From Methylocystis sp. (lineage in GTDB: Bacteria > Pseudomonadota > Alphaproteobacteria > Rhizobiales > Beijerinckiaceae): a stretch of 64,000 nt of DNA. The stretch spans positions 5,300 through 69,299 of the forward strand of contig DATBRI010000085.1 in assembly GCA_036560365.1 (NCBI GenBank), read 5' to 3'. Under the pieces are notes generated by a model. That model was not told the origin of the DNA and searched no databases. It worked only from the letters and a program-made list of their open reading frames with translations. The translations under genes and the position numbers were made by a program. This document shows, piece by piece, positions 34,710 through 43,094 of this stretch (within the stretch, counting starts at the first letter, position 1; each line of letters opens with the position of its first letter).

Positions 34710-36808
34710 AGGCGACGCTCGCCGCTTTGCTTTGTGCATGCGTCGGCGCCTCGCAGGCGTTCGCTGAAGCGTCGCGGGAGGATGAAGGCAAAGACAAGGT
34801 GCAGAGCCACGGCAAGCGGCGCGCAAAGGAAGAGGCCGGCGCGAAGAACCGAGCCGAAGCACAGGCCGGGCGGCAGGGCAAGGAGCCGGAGAACGCCGAA
34901 CCGCGCGGCGTTGCGCCCAACGCGCAGACGCTCGGGCGCGATCAGAGCGGCGTCTATGTCAACGCGCCGGCCGCCAACAGCGCTTTTTCGCCGGAGTTCG
35001 TCATGCGCGGCTTTCCCGCAGGCGTCACGCTCTTCGACGGGGCATCGCGCGGCTTCACGGCCCAGGAGGTCGATCTCTCCACCGTCGACCATGTCGAGTT
35101 CTACAAGGGGCCAAGCTCCATGTTGTTTGGCAAGGCGCTGGGCGGCTACGGCGGCGCCGCCAATTACATCCGCAAGGCGCCGACGCAAGAGACTTTCGCC
35201 CGCGCTGTCGCCACGAACGCCAGTTTCGCCGTCACAAGGCTGACCGCAGACGTCAACGCGCCGCTCAATGACTCCAAGAGTCTCTTGTTTCGAATGACGG
35301 GCTCGGCGCAGAGCCTCGGCAGCTTCGTCCAGTTCACACGCTCGCGCAGCTTCGACATTGCGCCGATGCTCGCCTTCACCGCAGACAATGGCGATCGCGC
35401 CAGCCTGCGCGTCGAGCATAATGGCAGGCGGCTCGTCTATCGCGACGGCGTGCCGGCAGATCCGATCTTCCTGCACATCCGGCGCGAGTTCTACGCTGGT
35501 ATTCCCGCCAACGAACACGAGACTCCCTTCTTCGATGACATCACCTTGCGGTACGAGCACGCCTTCAACGCCGACTGGAAGATCGCGGCCGTCGCCGATT
35601 ATTTCCTGAATGCGAACCGCTGGGGCTGGTTCACCGGCTGGGGCTATGATGGCTTCCAATCGGTCGTCTTCGGCAATCCCGTGCGCGCCCGCACCGCCAA
35701 CCGCAGCTTCGACGCGCAATTGCGCCTCAGCGGCCGTTTTGATACGGGCTTCCTGTCGCACACCGTCTTTCTCGGTCTCGAACATTGGGACTACTATTTC
35801 GGCTACAACAACGACGTCGCGCGCTACGAGGCGGCGCCGCTTAACATCGTCGCACCCATCTATTCGCCGGGCGTCAGCTATACCGGGGCCTATTGGTCGA
35901 ATGGCGTAGCGCGCGCCATCAGCCGCTCGGTCTATGGCCAGGACCTCATCGATCTGAGCGAGAACTGGCGCATTCTAATCGGCGGGCGTTACGATCTTCT
36001 CGCCCAGCGCGAGCGCGTCTTCGATCCGTTGGGCGCGCTGACGGGCGAACCCACAGCAAGTCTGAGCAAAGGGATCAAGGGCTATTTCAGCCCACGCGCC
36101 GGCATTCTCTATCAGCCGGACGAGGAGGATCAGTTCTTCGCCGCTTACGGCAAATCGCTGATCCCCAACACCGGCGTGCGCATTCAAAGCGGCGACGCGC
36201 CGCCGCCGCAGCAGGACACCCAATATGAAATCGGCTTCCGGCGCGAGTTTCTCGATCGTAAGATGAGCCTCGAAGTCGGGCTCTTCGACATCACCCGCGA
36301 CAATGTCGCCATTCCCAATCCGGCCAATCCCAGCGGGTTCTACTCGGTCGTCACCGGCCAGCAGCATAGTCACGGCGTCGAGATCAATCTCGGCGGCGAG
36401 ATTTTGCCCAACCTCAGAATCAACGCCGTCGCCACCTTCCTGCACGCGCTCGTGTCGAAGGACGATAATATTCCTTCGCAGCAAGGCAGCGATCTTTTGG
36501 GCGCGCCGCGTCGCGTCTATAGTTTCAACGCCAATTACACATTCGACACCGGCGACCTCAAGGGCCTCGAACTCGGCGCGAGCTATTATTACGCCAGCCG
36601 CCTGGAGGCGACGCTGCCCAACACTTATGGCTTCACGCTCGCGCCGCAGCAAATGCTCGGCGCCTCGCTCGCCTATAGCTTCAACGACAATCTCAAGCTC
36701 GAAATCAACGCCGCCAATTTCACCAATCGGCCGAACTGGACCTCAAACGGCGCCCTCTTCCATGGCGAGCCAAGGTCCGTGTCCGCCAGCCTTAGTTATA
36801 AATATTGA
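34706..36808 (+). CDS. TonB-dependent outer-membrane receptor
   Basis: Starts at the internal ATG 34706, giving the signal peptide 'MKATLAALLCACVGASQAFA'. A charged linker of about 60 aa follows, then plug motifs 'FVMRGF' and 'VEFYKGPSSMLFG', and a terminal 'SLSYKY'. Confidence 0.85.
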   Translation: MKATLAALLCACVGASQAFAEASREDEGKDKVQSHGKRRAKEEAGAKNRAEAQAGRQGKEPENAEPRGVAPNAQTLGRDQSGVYVNAPAANSAFSPEFVMRGFPAGVTLFDGASRGFTAQEVDLSTVDHVEFYKGPSSMLFGKALGGYGGAANYIRKAPTQETFARAVATNASFAVTRLTADVNAPLNDSKSLLFRMTGSAQSLGSFVQFTRSRSFDIAPMLAFTADNGDRASLRVEHNGRRLVYRDGVPADPIFLHIRREFYAGIPANEHETPFFDDITLRYEHAFNADWKIAAVADYFLNANRWGWFTGWGYDGFQSVVFGNPVRARTANRSFDAQLRLSGRFDTGFLSHTVFLGLEHWDYYFGYNNDVARYEAAPLNIVAPIYSPGVSYTGAYWSNGVARAISRSVYGQDLIDLSENWRILIGGRYDLLAQRERVFDPLGALTGEPTASLSKGIKGYFSPRAGILYQPDEEDQFFAAYGKSLIPNTGVRIQSGDAPPPQQDTQYEIGFRREFLDRKMSLEVGLFDITRDNVAIPNPANPSGFYSVVTGQQHSHGVEINLGGEILPNLRINAVATFLHALVSKDDNIPSQQGSDLLGAPRRVYSFNANYTFDTGDLKGLELGASYYYASRLEATLPNTYGFTLAPQQMLGASLAYSFNDNLKLEINAANFTNRPNWTSNGALFHGEPRSVSASLSYKY

Positions 36809-37035
36809 TGCGTCGCCATGGCGCGACATAATACGCTTGCAATAGTGACCCCTTGAGAGCGGCTTTTCGCGTCCAATACCGATCTTTTGAAGCTTTGTGT
36901 CAGCGTCCTTCCCTTTGGCCATGATGGCCGGGCAGGTCTGCAGGTCATCGACGGCAAGCAGACTCCCGGCGTCAGGAGCGGATCAATTTTCATCGCGATG
37001 GCGGGGAGAGAGCGGGGTCGCTTACCGCGGCGATC

Positions 37036-37425
37036 CTAAGACCGAACAGAATCGAGCGCTTTGCAACTTAAGGCGGCCGCGATCGCGGCGCTTAACGCAA
37101 CCTTGCTAAATGGCTTTTGCACGCTGGGCGCGCCTTGGAAGGACAGTTGAAAATTTGACTGTTGATATCCGGTCGCGAAAACAAGTGGAATCTTTCGGTT
37201 CCTGACGATCTCGGCAACAGGAAAGCTCGTCACGCCGTTGAGATTAACATCCAAAATCGCGAGTCCATAGTCGGCTTCCGCCGCCAGTTGCAGCGCATCT
37301 TCAATGCACTGCGCATAACCGGCGATCTCGTATCCAAGTTCGCTCAACATTTCTTCAAGAAGAAGCCCGACCAGCCCTTCGTCCTCAACCATCAATACGC
37401 GAATCTTTCTGGCTGAGTCCGTCAT
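37036..37425 (-). CDS. single-domain response regulator (CheY-like receiver)
   Basis: 129-aa ORF with 'IRVLMVEDEGLVG', the phospho-acceptor in 'LAILDVNL', and 'PLVFATGY'. Confidence 0.85.
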   Translation of the reverse strand: MTDSARKIRVLMVEDEGLVGLLLEEMLSELGYEIAGYAQCIEDALQLAAEADYGLAILDVNLNGVTSFPVAEIVRNRKIPLVFATGYQQSNFQLSFQGAPSVQKPFSKVALSAAIAAALSCKALDSVRS

Positions 37426-37428
37426 CTC

Positions 37429-38799
37429 TCACTCGAAGTCGATAGGGGCGCTAATTGCGCAGGTAACGCCATCGGGAGAAAAGTCGAGGGATATCGTTCC
37501 CTTTAAGTCGCTGGCAAGCGATCGCTCAAGCAGCTTCGAGCCGAACCCGCGATGCGCCGGCCGTCCGACCAAGGGTCCGCCTGTTTCTTTCCAAATCAAG
37601 CTTAACCGCGGCGCGCCGTTTTCACGTTCGAGGCTCCAGCAAACGTTCACCTGACCCTCACTGCTCGATAGAGCTCCGTATTTGAGCGCATTGGTGCAGA
37701 GTTCATGCAATCCCATAGCGAGCGCTAAGGCCGCTTTAGGCCTGAGTTTCAGATCGGGACCTTCGATGCTGAATCGATCGGCCGCCCCATGAAGCTGCGC
37801 CGCCTTGACCACGATCTCTCTGAGATCCGCAGTCCGCCAGCTGCCGCGCGTCAAAACGTCATGCGCCGCCGAAAGCGCGCAGAGTCTGTTCTCGAACGCC
37901 TCGACTTTCGCTTCATCGACGCCGGCGCCTCGAAATGTCTGCGACGCGAGCGACTGCACGATGGTCAGCGTGTTCTTCACCCTGTGGTCGAGTTCATTGA
38001 TCAGCGTTTCTTTATGCTGTTCAGCTCTCTTCCGCTCTGAAATATCGACCGCCCAACAGCCCGCGGTTGTGATGTCGTTTGAGGCGTCCCGCACAGGGAA
38101 AAACCCCGCCAACCAGTGCTGGTCGCCGGCGTTGAAGCCCTCGGAAAGCTCCAAATTTTGCAAGGAAGCTCCAGTTGAGAAAATCTCGCCGAGGGAATTT
38201 TCGAGAGAACTGGCGCTGTTTGGAAAGAGTTCCTTGATTGTGCGGCCGATGTGGCCCTTCGCCGAGAGCGCGCTGATGCCGGCGAACTCGTTGTTGATCC
38301 GCGTGCAGCGACCCGCCTTGTCGAAAAACGCAAGCCCGATCGGTGCGCTAGAGAGCAGCGCTTCCAACTCGAGGGTTCGAGCGAGGAGGCGTTCGTTCGC
38401 GACGCGCAGCTGATCCTCGGCGCTTTTTGCGCGTAACAAGGCCCTGACCGTTGCGACCAGCACCGGCGCTTCCGCTGGCTCCACCAAATATGCGTCGGCG
38501 CCCGCGTCAAGCGCCGTCACCTTGGCGTCAGCGCCGATAAACGTCGCCGAGGTCTGCAGCACCATGATGTCGGGCCGCTTTCGTTTGATCTCTCGACAAA
38601 CTTCCGTGCCCAGAATGTCAGGCAGCATCGTATCGAGAACGACGAGGTCCGTCGGGCGCGAAGCGACGAAGGCGAGCGTCTCCTCGCCGCCGCTCGTTTC
38701 ACTGACTGACCAGCCCGCCTTTTGCAGCGCCCGCACCTTGGCGTAGCGCGCCTCGGCAATGTCGTCGACGACCAGCAGACGGGCGCTCTCAACATTCAT
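37429..38799 (-). CDS. receiver-PAS-HWE/HisKA_2 histidine kinase
   Basis: Starts at 'MNVESARLLVVDD' (M107 of ORF 37429..39117), overlapping the upstream stop (ATGA). Receiver Asp is in 'LVVLDTMLPD'. A PAS-like middle domain follows. The H-box 'ELDHRVKNTLTIVQSL' and 'HELCTNALKYGA' are typical of HWE/HisKA_2 kinases. Confidence 0.8.
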   Translation of the reverse strand: MNVESARLLVVDDIAEARYAKVRALQKAGWSVSETSGGEETLAFVASRPTDLVVLDTMLPDILGTEVCREIKRKRPDIMVLQTSATFIGADAKVTALDAGADAYLVEPAEAPVLVATVRALLRAKSAEDQLRVANERLLARTLELEALLSSAPIGLAFFDKAGRCTRINNEFAGISALSAKGHIGRTIKELFPNSASSLENSLGEIFSTGASLQNLELSEGFNAGDQHWLAGFFPVRDASNDITTAGCWAVDISERKRAEQHKETLINELDHRVKNTLTIVQSLASQTFRGAGVDEAKVEAFENRLCALSAAHDVLTRGSWRTADLREIVVKAAQLHGAADRFSIEGPDLKLRPKAALALAMGLHELCTNALKYGALSSSEGQVNVCWSLERENGAPRLSLIWKETGGPLVGRPAHRGFGSKLLERSLASDLKGTISLDFSPDGVTCAISAPIDFE

Positions 38800-40208
38800 G
38801 GCTGGGCTCCCGCGCCCAGCGCCTCGGCCACGATTGGGGCGAGCGACTCTTTCGACAGCCCGGCTTTTGCAATGACTTGCTTGGCGCACCCGAGGCGTCC
38901 GAGATCCTGCTCGTTTAAAGCTGTCGCGGTGACGACGACGATCGGGACCTGCGCTGTTTTTGGGTTGTCCGTCAGCCGGTCGAGCACATCGAAGCCGCTG
39001 ATGCCTGGTAATTTGAGGTCGAGCAACACCAGATCCGGGGGCTGTTTGGCGGCGCTCTCCAGCCCCGCTTCGCCCGTCGCGGCTTCGCTGAGAACGTAGG
39101 GCTCGTCCGCGAGACACCTACGAATGATATAGCGCGAGGCCTCGTCGTCGTCGATCAGAAGGACGCGCTTTACGTCTGTCTCGTCGATCAATTGATGCAG
39201 CTTTGCGAGGAGCCAAGCGCGTTCGATGGGCTTTATTCCGTAGCCGTCAGCGCCAAGCCGCGCTGCTTTCGCGCGGTCCTCAATCGTTGAGACGACAATA
39301 ACGGGAATCTCCTGCGACTCCGGCGCGCTCTTGAGATCGGCCAGCAGCGCCCAAGTGTCTGCGCCTTCGAGCAAGAGATCGAGAATAATCGCGCGCGGTT
39401 TGACGTCCTGGATTTTCCGCCGCGCCTCCTTCAAGGTTCGCGCGGCGACGAGCCTGTATGGAGAGTGGCGCAGAGTGGCTTCATAGACGATCATATCTGC
39501 GGGGTCGTCTTCGATCGCAAGAACTGGAATGCGCGCATCTTCCGGCGGCGGCTCGGTTGAAGGCTCGGCAGGGTCTGTCGCGGAGCCAGCGTAGGCGGCC
39601 GGCAGCGTAAAGGAGAAGGTCGATCCCTTGCCCACCGCGCTGTCGACGTAGATATCGCCGCCCAAAAGTTTGCACAGCCGTTTCGACAAGGGGAGCCCCA
39701 GTCCCGTGCCCCTCACCTTGCGTTGTATCGGGCTATCGAGTTGTGAGAACTCCTGAAAAATGAGCTCATGATGCTCTGAGGCGATGCCAATGCCGTCGTC
39801 CTTAACCGTGAATGTGAAACACCCATCGGATAGCGATGCGCTGACGCGAATTTCCCCTGCCTCAGTGAATTTCAGCGCATTCGAAATCAGATTACGCAGC
39901 ACCTGTGAAATCTTGGCCTCATCGCTATACATCTCCGGCAGCGACGATGCGTCCTCGAAGACGAGGTTGACCTTGTCTCCAACGAGCAGCGGCCGGAGCA
40001 TGCCGCGCAAGGCGCCGAAGAGATCGCCGATCCGGAATTCGACGGGCCTGATCTCGATCCTGCCGGCTTCGACTTTCGCGAGATCGAGAAGGTCATTGAC
40101 GAGTTCGGTCAGGCTCTCCGCCGATTTTCGGATGAACGAGACTTGGCGCTCCTGCTCAGGCATGAGCTCGCCGTCGCAGCGATCGAGCAGCAGGTGGGTG
40201 AGCGCCAA
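38796..40208 (-). CDS. hybrid kinase core (DHp remnant without the phospho-acceptor His, HATPase_c) plus two receiver domains; 5' end disrupted
   Basis: The 470-aa ORF can only start at a TTG inside the H-box remnant ('..RTPLNSI-L-ALTHLLLD'). N-box 'NLISNALKFT', G-boxes 'DDGIGI' and 'GTGLGLPL'. The receivers are 'IPVLAIEDD...IILDLLL' and 'KRVLLIDDD...LVLLDLKLPG'. Confidence 0.7.
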   Translation of the reverse strand: MALTHLLLDRCDGELMPEQERQVSFIRKSAESLTELVNDLLDLAKVEAGRIEIRPVEFRIGDLFGALRGMLRPLLVGDKVNLVFEDASSLPEMYSDEAKISQVLRNLISNALKFTEAGEIRVSASLSDGCFTFTVKDDGIGIASEHHELIFQEFSQLDSPIQRKVRGTGLGLPLSKRLCKLLGGDIYVDSAVGKGSTFSFTLPAAYAGSATDPAEPSTEPPPEDARIPVLAIEDDPADMIVYEATLRHSPYRLVAARTLKEARRKIQDVKPRAIILDLLLEGADTWALLADLKSAPESQEIPVIVVSTIEDRAKAARLGADGYGIKPIERAWLLAKLHQLIDETDVKRVLLIDDDEASRYIIRRCLADEPYVLSEAATGEAGLESAAKQPPDLVLLDLKLPGISGFDVLDRLTDNPKTAQVPIVVVTATALNEQDLGRLGCAKQVIAKAGLSKESLAPIVAEALGAGAQP

Positions 40209-40356
40209 GATCGAGTTGAGCGGCGTCCGCGAGTTCAGTGGCGACGATGGCTATTTTGCCGACCGCTTCCTCCGGAAAATCAAATGACGACGCCAATTGC
40301 GTCGCCGCCCTGCGAACTTCCGCGACTCGCGAAGGATCATCCACCGGCAACAGCAT
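40156..40356 (-). pseudogene. 5' remnant of an RsbT/RsbW-like ATPase-domain gene, out of frame with the downstream kinase core
   Basis: The ATG lies 1 nt after the rsbT-like stop. 'MLLPVDDPSRVAEVRRAATQLASSFDFPEEAVGKIAIVATEL' parallels the N-terminus of the adjacent RsbT-like protein up to the N-box. It then runs into an Arg/Ala-rich out-of-frame tail and stops at 40156. Confidence 0.55.
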
Positions 40357-40357
40357 G

Positions 40358-40762
40358 TCACTTCCAACGAATGAGTGAGACGCGCGTTCCATCGCCCGGC
40401 CGAGATTCGATCTCGAACTCATTGACCAGCCGCTTGGCGCCGCCCAAACCCAGCCCAAGTCCCCCGCCCGTCGTGAAGTGATCGCGCATCGCCTGTTCAA
40501 TGTCCGCGATGCCGGGACCCTCGTCTGAAAACGTCAATCGCAACCCTCGGCGCGCGCCGTCGCGAAGGAGCTCCAAAAGCAGCTCGCCGCCTCCGCCATA
40601 CTCGAAGGTGTTTCGCGCGATTTCGCTCGCCGCGGTGATGATTTTGGTCTGATCGATAAGACTCATGCCCATCGCGTTAGCTTGGAAGCGCACTTTCTGC
40701 CGCACGCGAACGATGTCTTCCGAGCTTCGAATCGGAACGGTATCAATCGTCTCCATCAGCAT
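40358..40762 (-). CDS. RsbT-like anti-sigma regulatory factor (serine kinase, HATPase_c_2)
   Basis: 134-aa ORF with 'IITAASEIARNTFEYGGGGELLLE', 'FSDEGPGI' and 'GGGLGLGLGGAKRLVNEFEI'. It follows two STAS genes. Confidence 0.8.
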   Translation of the reverse strand: MLMETIDTVPIRSSEDIVRVRQKVRFQANAMGMSLIDQTKIITAASEIARNTFEYGGGGELLLELLRDGARRGLRLTFSDEGPGIADIEQAMRDHFTTGGGLGLGLGGAKRLVNEFEIESRPGDGTRVSLIRWK

Positions 40763-41072
40763 CGGTCGACTCTGACTGCTCGATCAGCCTGTTGATCGTC
40801 TCCAGGCCCTTGTCGACGTTGCGGGCGGTCTGAATGCCGCTCAGCTGTACGCCCAGTTCGACGAGGGTGATCGCGACATGCGGCCGCATCCCCACGACAA
40901 TGGTGACGGCGTCAAGCACCCTTGATGCGCTGGCTATGTTGCTAAGCATGCGGCCAATGAAGGAATCGACGATCTCGAGCGCGGAAACGTCAATCAAGAC
41001 GCCCTTGGCCCTGGTGGAAACGATCGCGTTGGTGAGATCGTCCTGCAGCGCCATGGCGAGGCGGTCATGCAT
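40743..41072 (-). CDS. RsbS-like single STAS domain protein
   Basis: 109-aa ORF with 'GVLIDVSALEIVDSFIGRML' (conserved Ser in the D-x-S context). Overlaps the rsbT-like gene by 20 nt. Confidence 0.8.
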   Translation of the reverse strand: MHDRLAMALQDDLTNAIVSTRAKGVLIDVSALEIVDSFIGRMLSNIASASRVLDAVTIVVGMRPHVAITLVELGVQLSGIQTARNVDKGLETINRLIEQSESTDADGDD

Positions 41073-41134
41073 GTCGATGTGAATTGACGAGAAGGCACTT
41101 GCCGACTTTGAGGATCGGGATCTTGTCCACCGCG

Positions 41135-41995
41135 TCAGCCTCGCGCCGCTACGCGTTCCACCTTCTGACCCGTCTTTTTCAATGCCATGGAGAGGGCATC
41201 GGCCATCGTCGCTTTAGAGACCACTTGAAGATCGAGTCCCAGATGAACGATCGTCTGGGCGATCTGCGGACGGATGCCGCTGATGATGCAATCTGCCCCC
41301 ATGAGCCGCGCCGCCGCCACCGTCTTGATCAAATGCTGCGCGACCAACGTATCGACGGCCGGCACGCCCGTGATGTCGATGATGGCGATTTCCGCCTCCG
41401 CGTCGACGATCGTTTGTAGAAGATTCTCCATCACGATCTGCGTCCGTGCGCTATCGAGCGTGCCTATGAGCGGCAGCGCGAGAATCTTGTCCCAAAGCTG
41501 GATGACCGGAGTCGACAGCTCCAACAATTCGTCCTGTTGACGCTTGATGAGCTCTTCGCGGCTCTTCTGATAAACCTCGGTGGTGAATAAGCCGAGACGA
41601 TCGAGAAGCACGCCCGAGGCGATCACCACGTCTGTCAGGTTCTCTTCGCCGGCCAGCATTTTCCGCAGCAGATCGAACAGCGGCTCTTTCAGCGAGAACA
41701 CAAATAGCGCAGTCTCGACGGGACTGTATCCACGCAGCGCACGGGCCGTCGAAATTTCTTCGAGCACCTCGCGCGCGTCTTGCCACTGTTGGCCGGTGAT
41801 ATCTTCTCCGGCGCCATTTTTAAGAGCGCTGCGTAACTCTTTCAGGAATCGCCCGCAGGCGTCCTTCAAATCCTTATCTGACGTCTGACCGCTGCGCGTG
41901 GCGCCCGCCGCGGTCAGCGTGGCGATCCATCGGCCAAGCAGGTCCTTTTCGCTCTGTTCGATAGCGTTGGCGAGCGCGTCAAAGTTTGCCGGCAT
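41135..41995 (-). CDS. RsbR-like stressosome sensor (N-terminal non-haem globin-like domain + STAS)
   Basis: 286-aa ORF. The C-terminal STAS is 'LSTPVIQLWDKILALPLIGTLDSARTQ...IIDITGVPAVDTLVAQHL'. The N-terminal helical domain is about 150 aa. Confidence 0.8.
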   Translation of the reverse strand: MPANFDALANAIEQSEKDLLGRWIATLTAAGATRSGQTSDKDLKDACGRFLKELRSALKNGAGEDITGQQWQDAREVLEEISTARALRGYSPVETALFVFSLKEPLFDLLRKMLAGEENLTDVVIASGVLLDRLGLFTTEVYQKSREELIKRQQDELLELSTPVIQLWDKILALPLIGTLDSARTQIVMENLLQTIVDAEAEIAIIDITGVPAVDTLVAQHLIKTVAAARLMGADCIISGIRPQIAQTIVHLGLDLQVVSKATMADALSMALKKTGQKVERVAARG

Positions 41996-42284
41996 GACTC
42001 ATTCCTTGAATGACCCGAACAACTGGCTAATAACGCTTCGATAAAGCTTCCCATAAATAGCCCACTCTGTAGCTTGAGGCAAACCATGTGGATGGGCCGT
42101 ATGCGGGCGACACAGGTGGATAAGCGCGTGGAAAGGGTAGCGCCGAATTCCGAGAATTCAATAATTTAGCGGCGCATATTAGAGGGTTGCTTAAATTTGA
42201 TAGTATGTTGCACCTTATTTGATCTCGGCGCGCATTTCATGCGCCGATCAGCGGTAAGCTAGAACGCCTGATCCAATGTAAAAG

Positions 42285-43031
42285 GTGGAAAAGACGGTGA
42301 GCGGAGATGTCGGCCCTTCTGCCTTTTTCAAGGCCACGTCGCATGCCTTCAGCGAGACGATAGGCTCCCGCGGGGGGTGCCCGGAGCTTGTCGCGCTGCT
42401 TTGCGCGCAGGCTTTCGACAGTTTCACGCAAAACGTCGCCATTCAGGCGGCGGGCGCGCCGGCGCTCGCCTGTCAGGGAGAATGCGCGGCCTGTTGCCGC
42501 CTTCGCGTCGTCGCGACGGCTCCGGAAATATTTCTGCTCGCGCGATTCATTTCCGTTAACGCCGCCGCCTTTAGGGAGCGCGGCATAATGCTCCCTAAGC
42601 GCATCGCCGACGCCGATCAGGCCGTTGGCGGCCTGTCTGAAGACCAGCGACTGACCGCCCAGCATGCCTGCCCGCTGATCGAAGGCGAATTATGCCTCGC
42701 CTATAGGATTCGTCCGCTTGCTTGCCGCGGTCATGCGGCGTTCGATAAGGCGTTATGCCTTGCCGCTGTGGGAGGCGAAGCCGTTGACGCGCCGATCTCC
42801 ACGCCGCAGCTCGTTGTCCGCAGCCTCGTTCAGAACGCCCTGATGGCGGCGCTGCGGCGCGCCGGACTGGCTTGGGAACTTTACGAACTCAACAGAGCGC
42901 TCAACTGCGCGCTCTCGACGCCGCATGCGCTCGAACAATGGATCTCGGGCGAAGATCCATTGACGAACGCGCGAATTCCAGACTTCGACCTTATTGAAGC
43001 AGGGGCGATTTTCGATGCCGCCACCGCGTAG
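42285..43031 (+). CDS. YkgJ/UPF0153-like cysteine-cluster (Fe-S/Zn) protein
   Basis: 248-aa ORF (GTG start). Cys clusters 'CQGECAACCRL' and 'ACPLIEGELCLAYRIRPLACRGH' match the CxxCxxCC-family pattern. The start codon is uncertain. Confidence 0.55.
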   Translation: MEKTVSGDVGPSAFFKATSHAFSETIGSRGGCPELVALLCAQAFDSFTQNVAIQAAGAPALACQGECAACCRLRVVATAPEIFLLARFISVNAAAFRERGIMLPKRIADADQAVGGLSEDQRLTAQHACPLIEGELCLAYRIRPLACRGHAAFDKALCLAAVGGEAVDAPISTPQLVVRSLVQNALMAALRRAGLAWELYELNRALNCALSTPHALEQWISGEDPLTNARIPDFDLIEAGAIFDAATA

Positions 43032-43094
43032 CGCGCGAGTCCTTATCGATCACATGAGCCCATGTGATCCATAAGGACTCCAAGGCTCCCGCCT

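Noticed and set aside
34415-35785. 456-aa ORF on the minus strand
   Set aside because: It lies entirely antisense to the small ORF and the second TonB receptor gene. It is Arg/Ala/Gly-rich with no motifs, a typical high-GC shadow ORF.
41996-42284. Search for an EcfG-type general-stress promoter (GGAAC-N16/17-CGTT) upstream of the rsbR-like gene, plus a hairpin TCGGCGCGCAT..ATGCGCCGA near 42225
   Set aside because: On the relevant strand there is only a GGAAG-N11-CGTT-like string, with the wrong spacing. The hairpin is imperfect and of unclear orientation and function.
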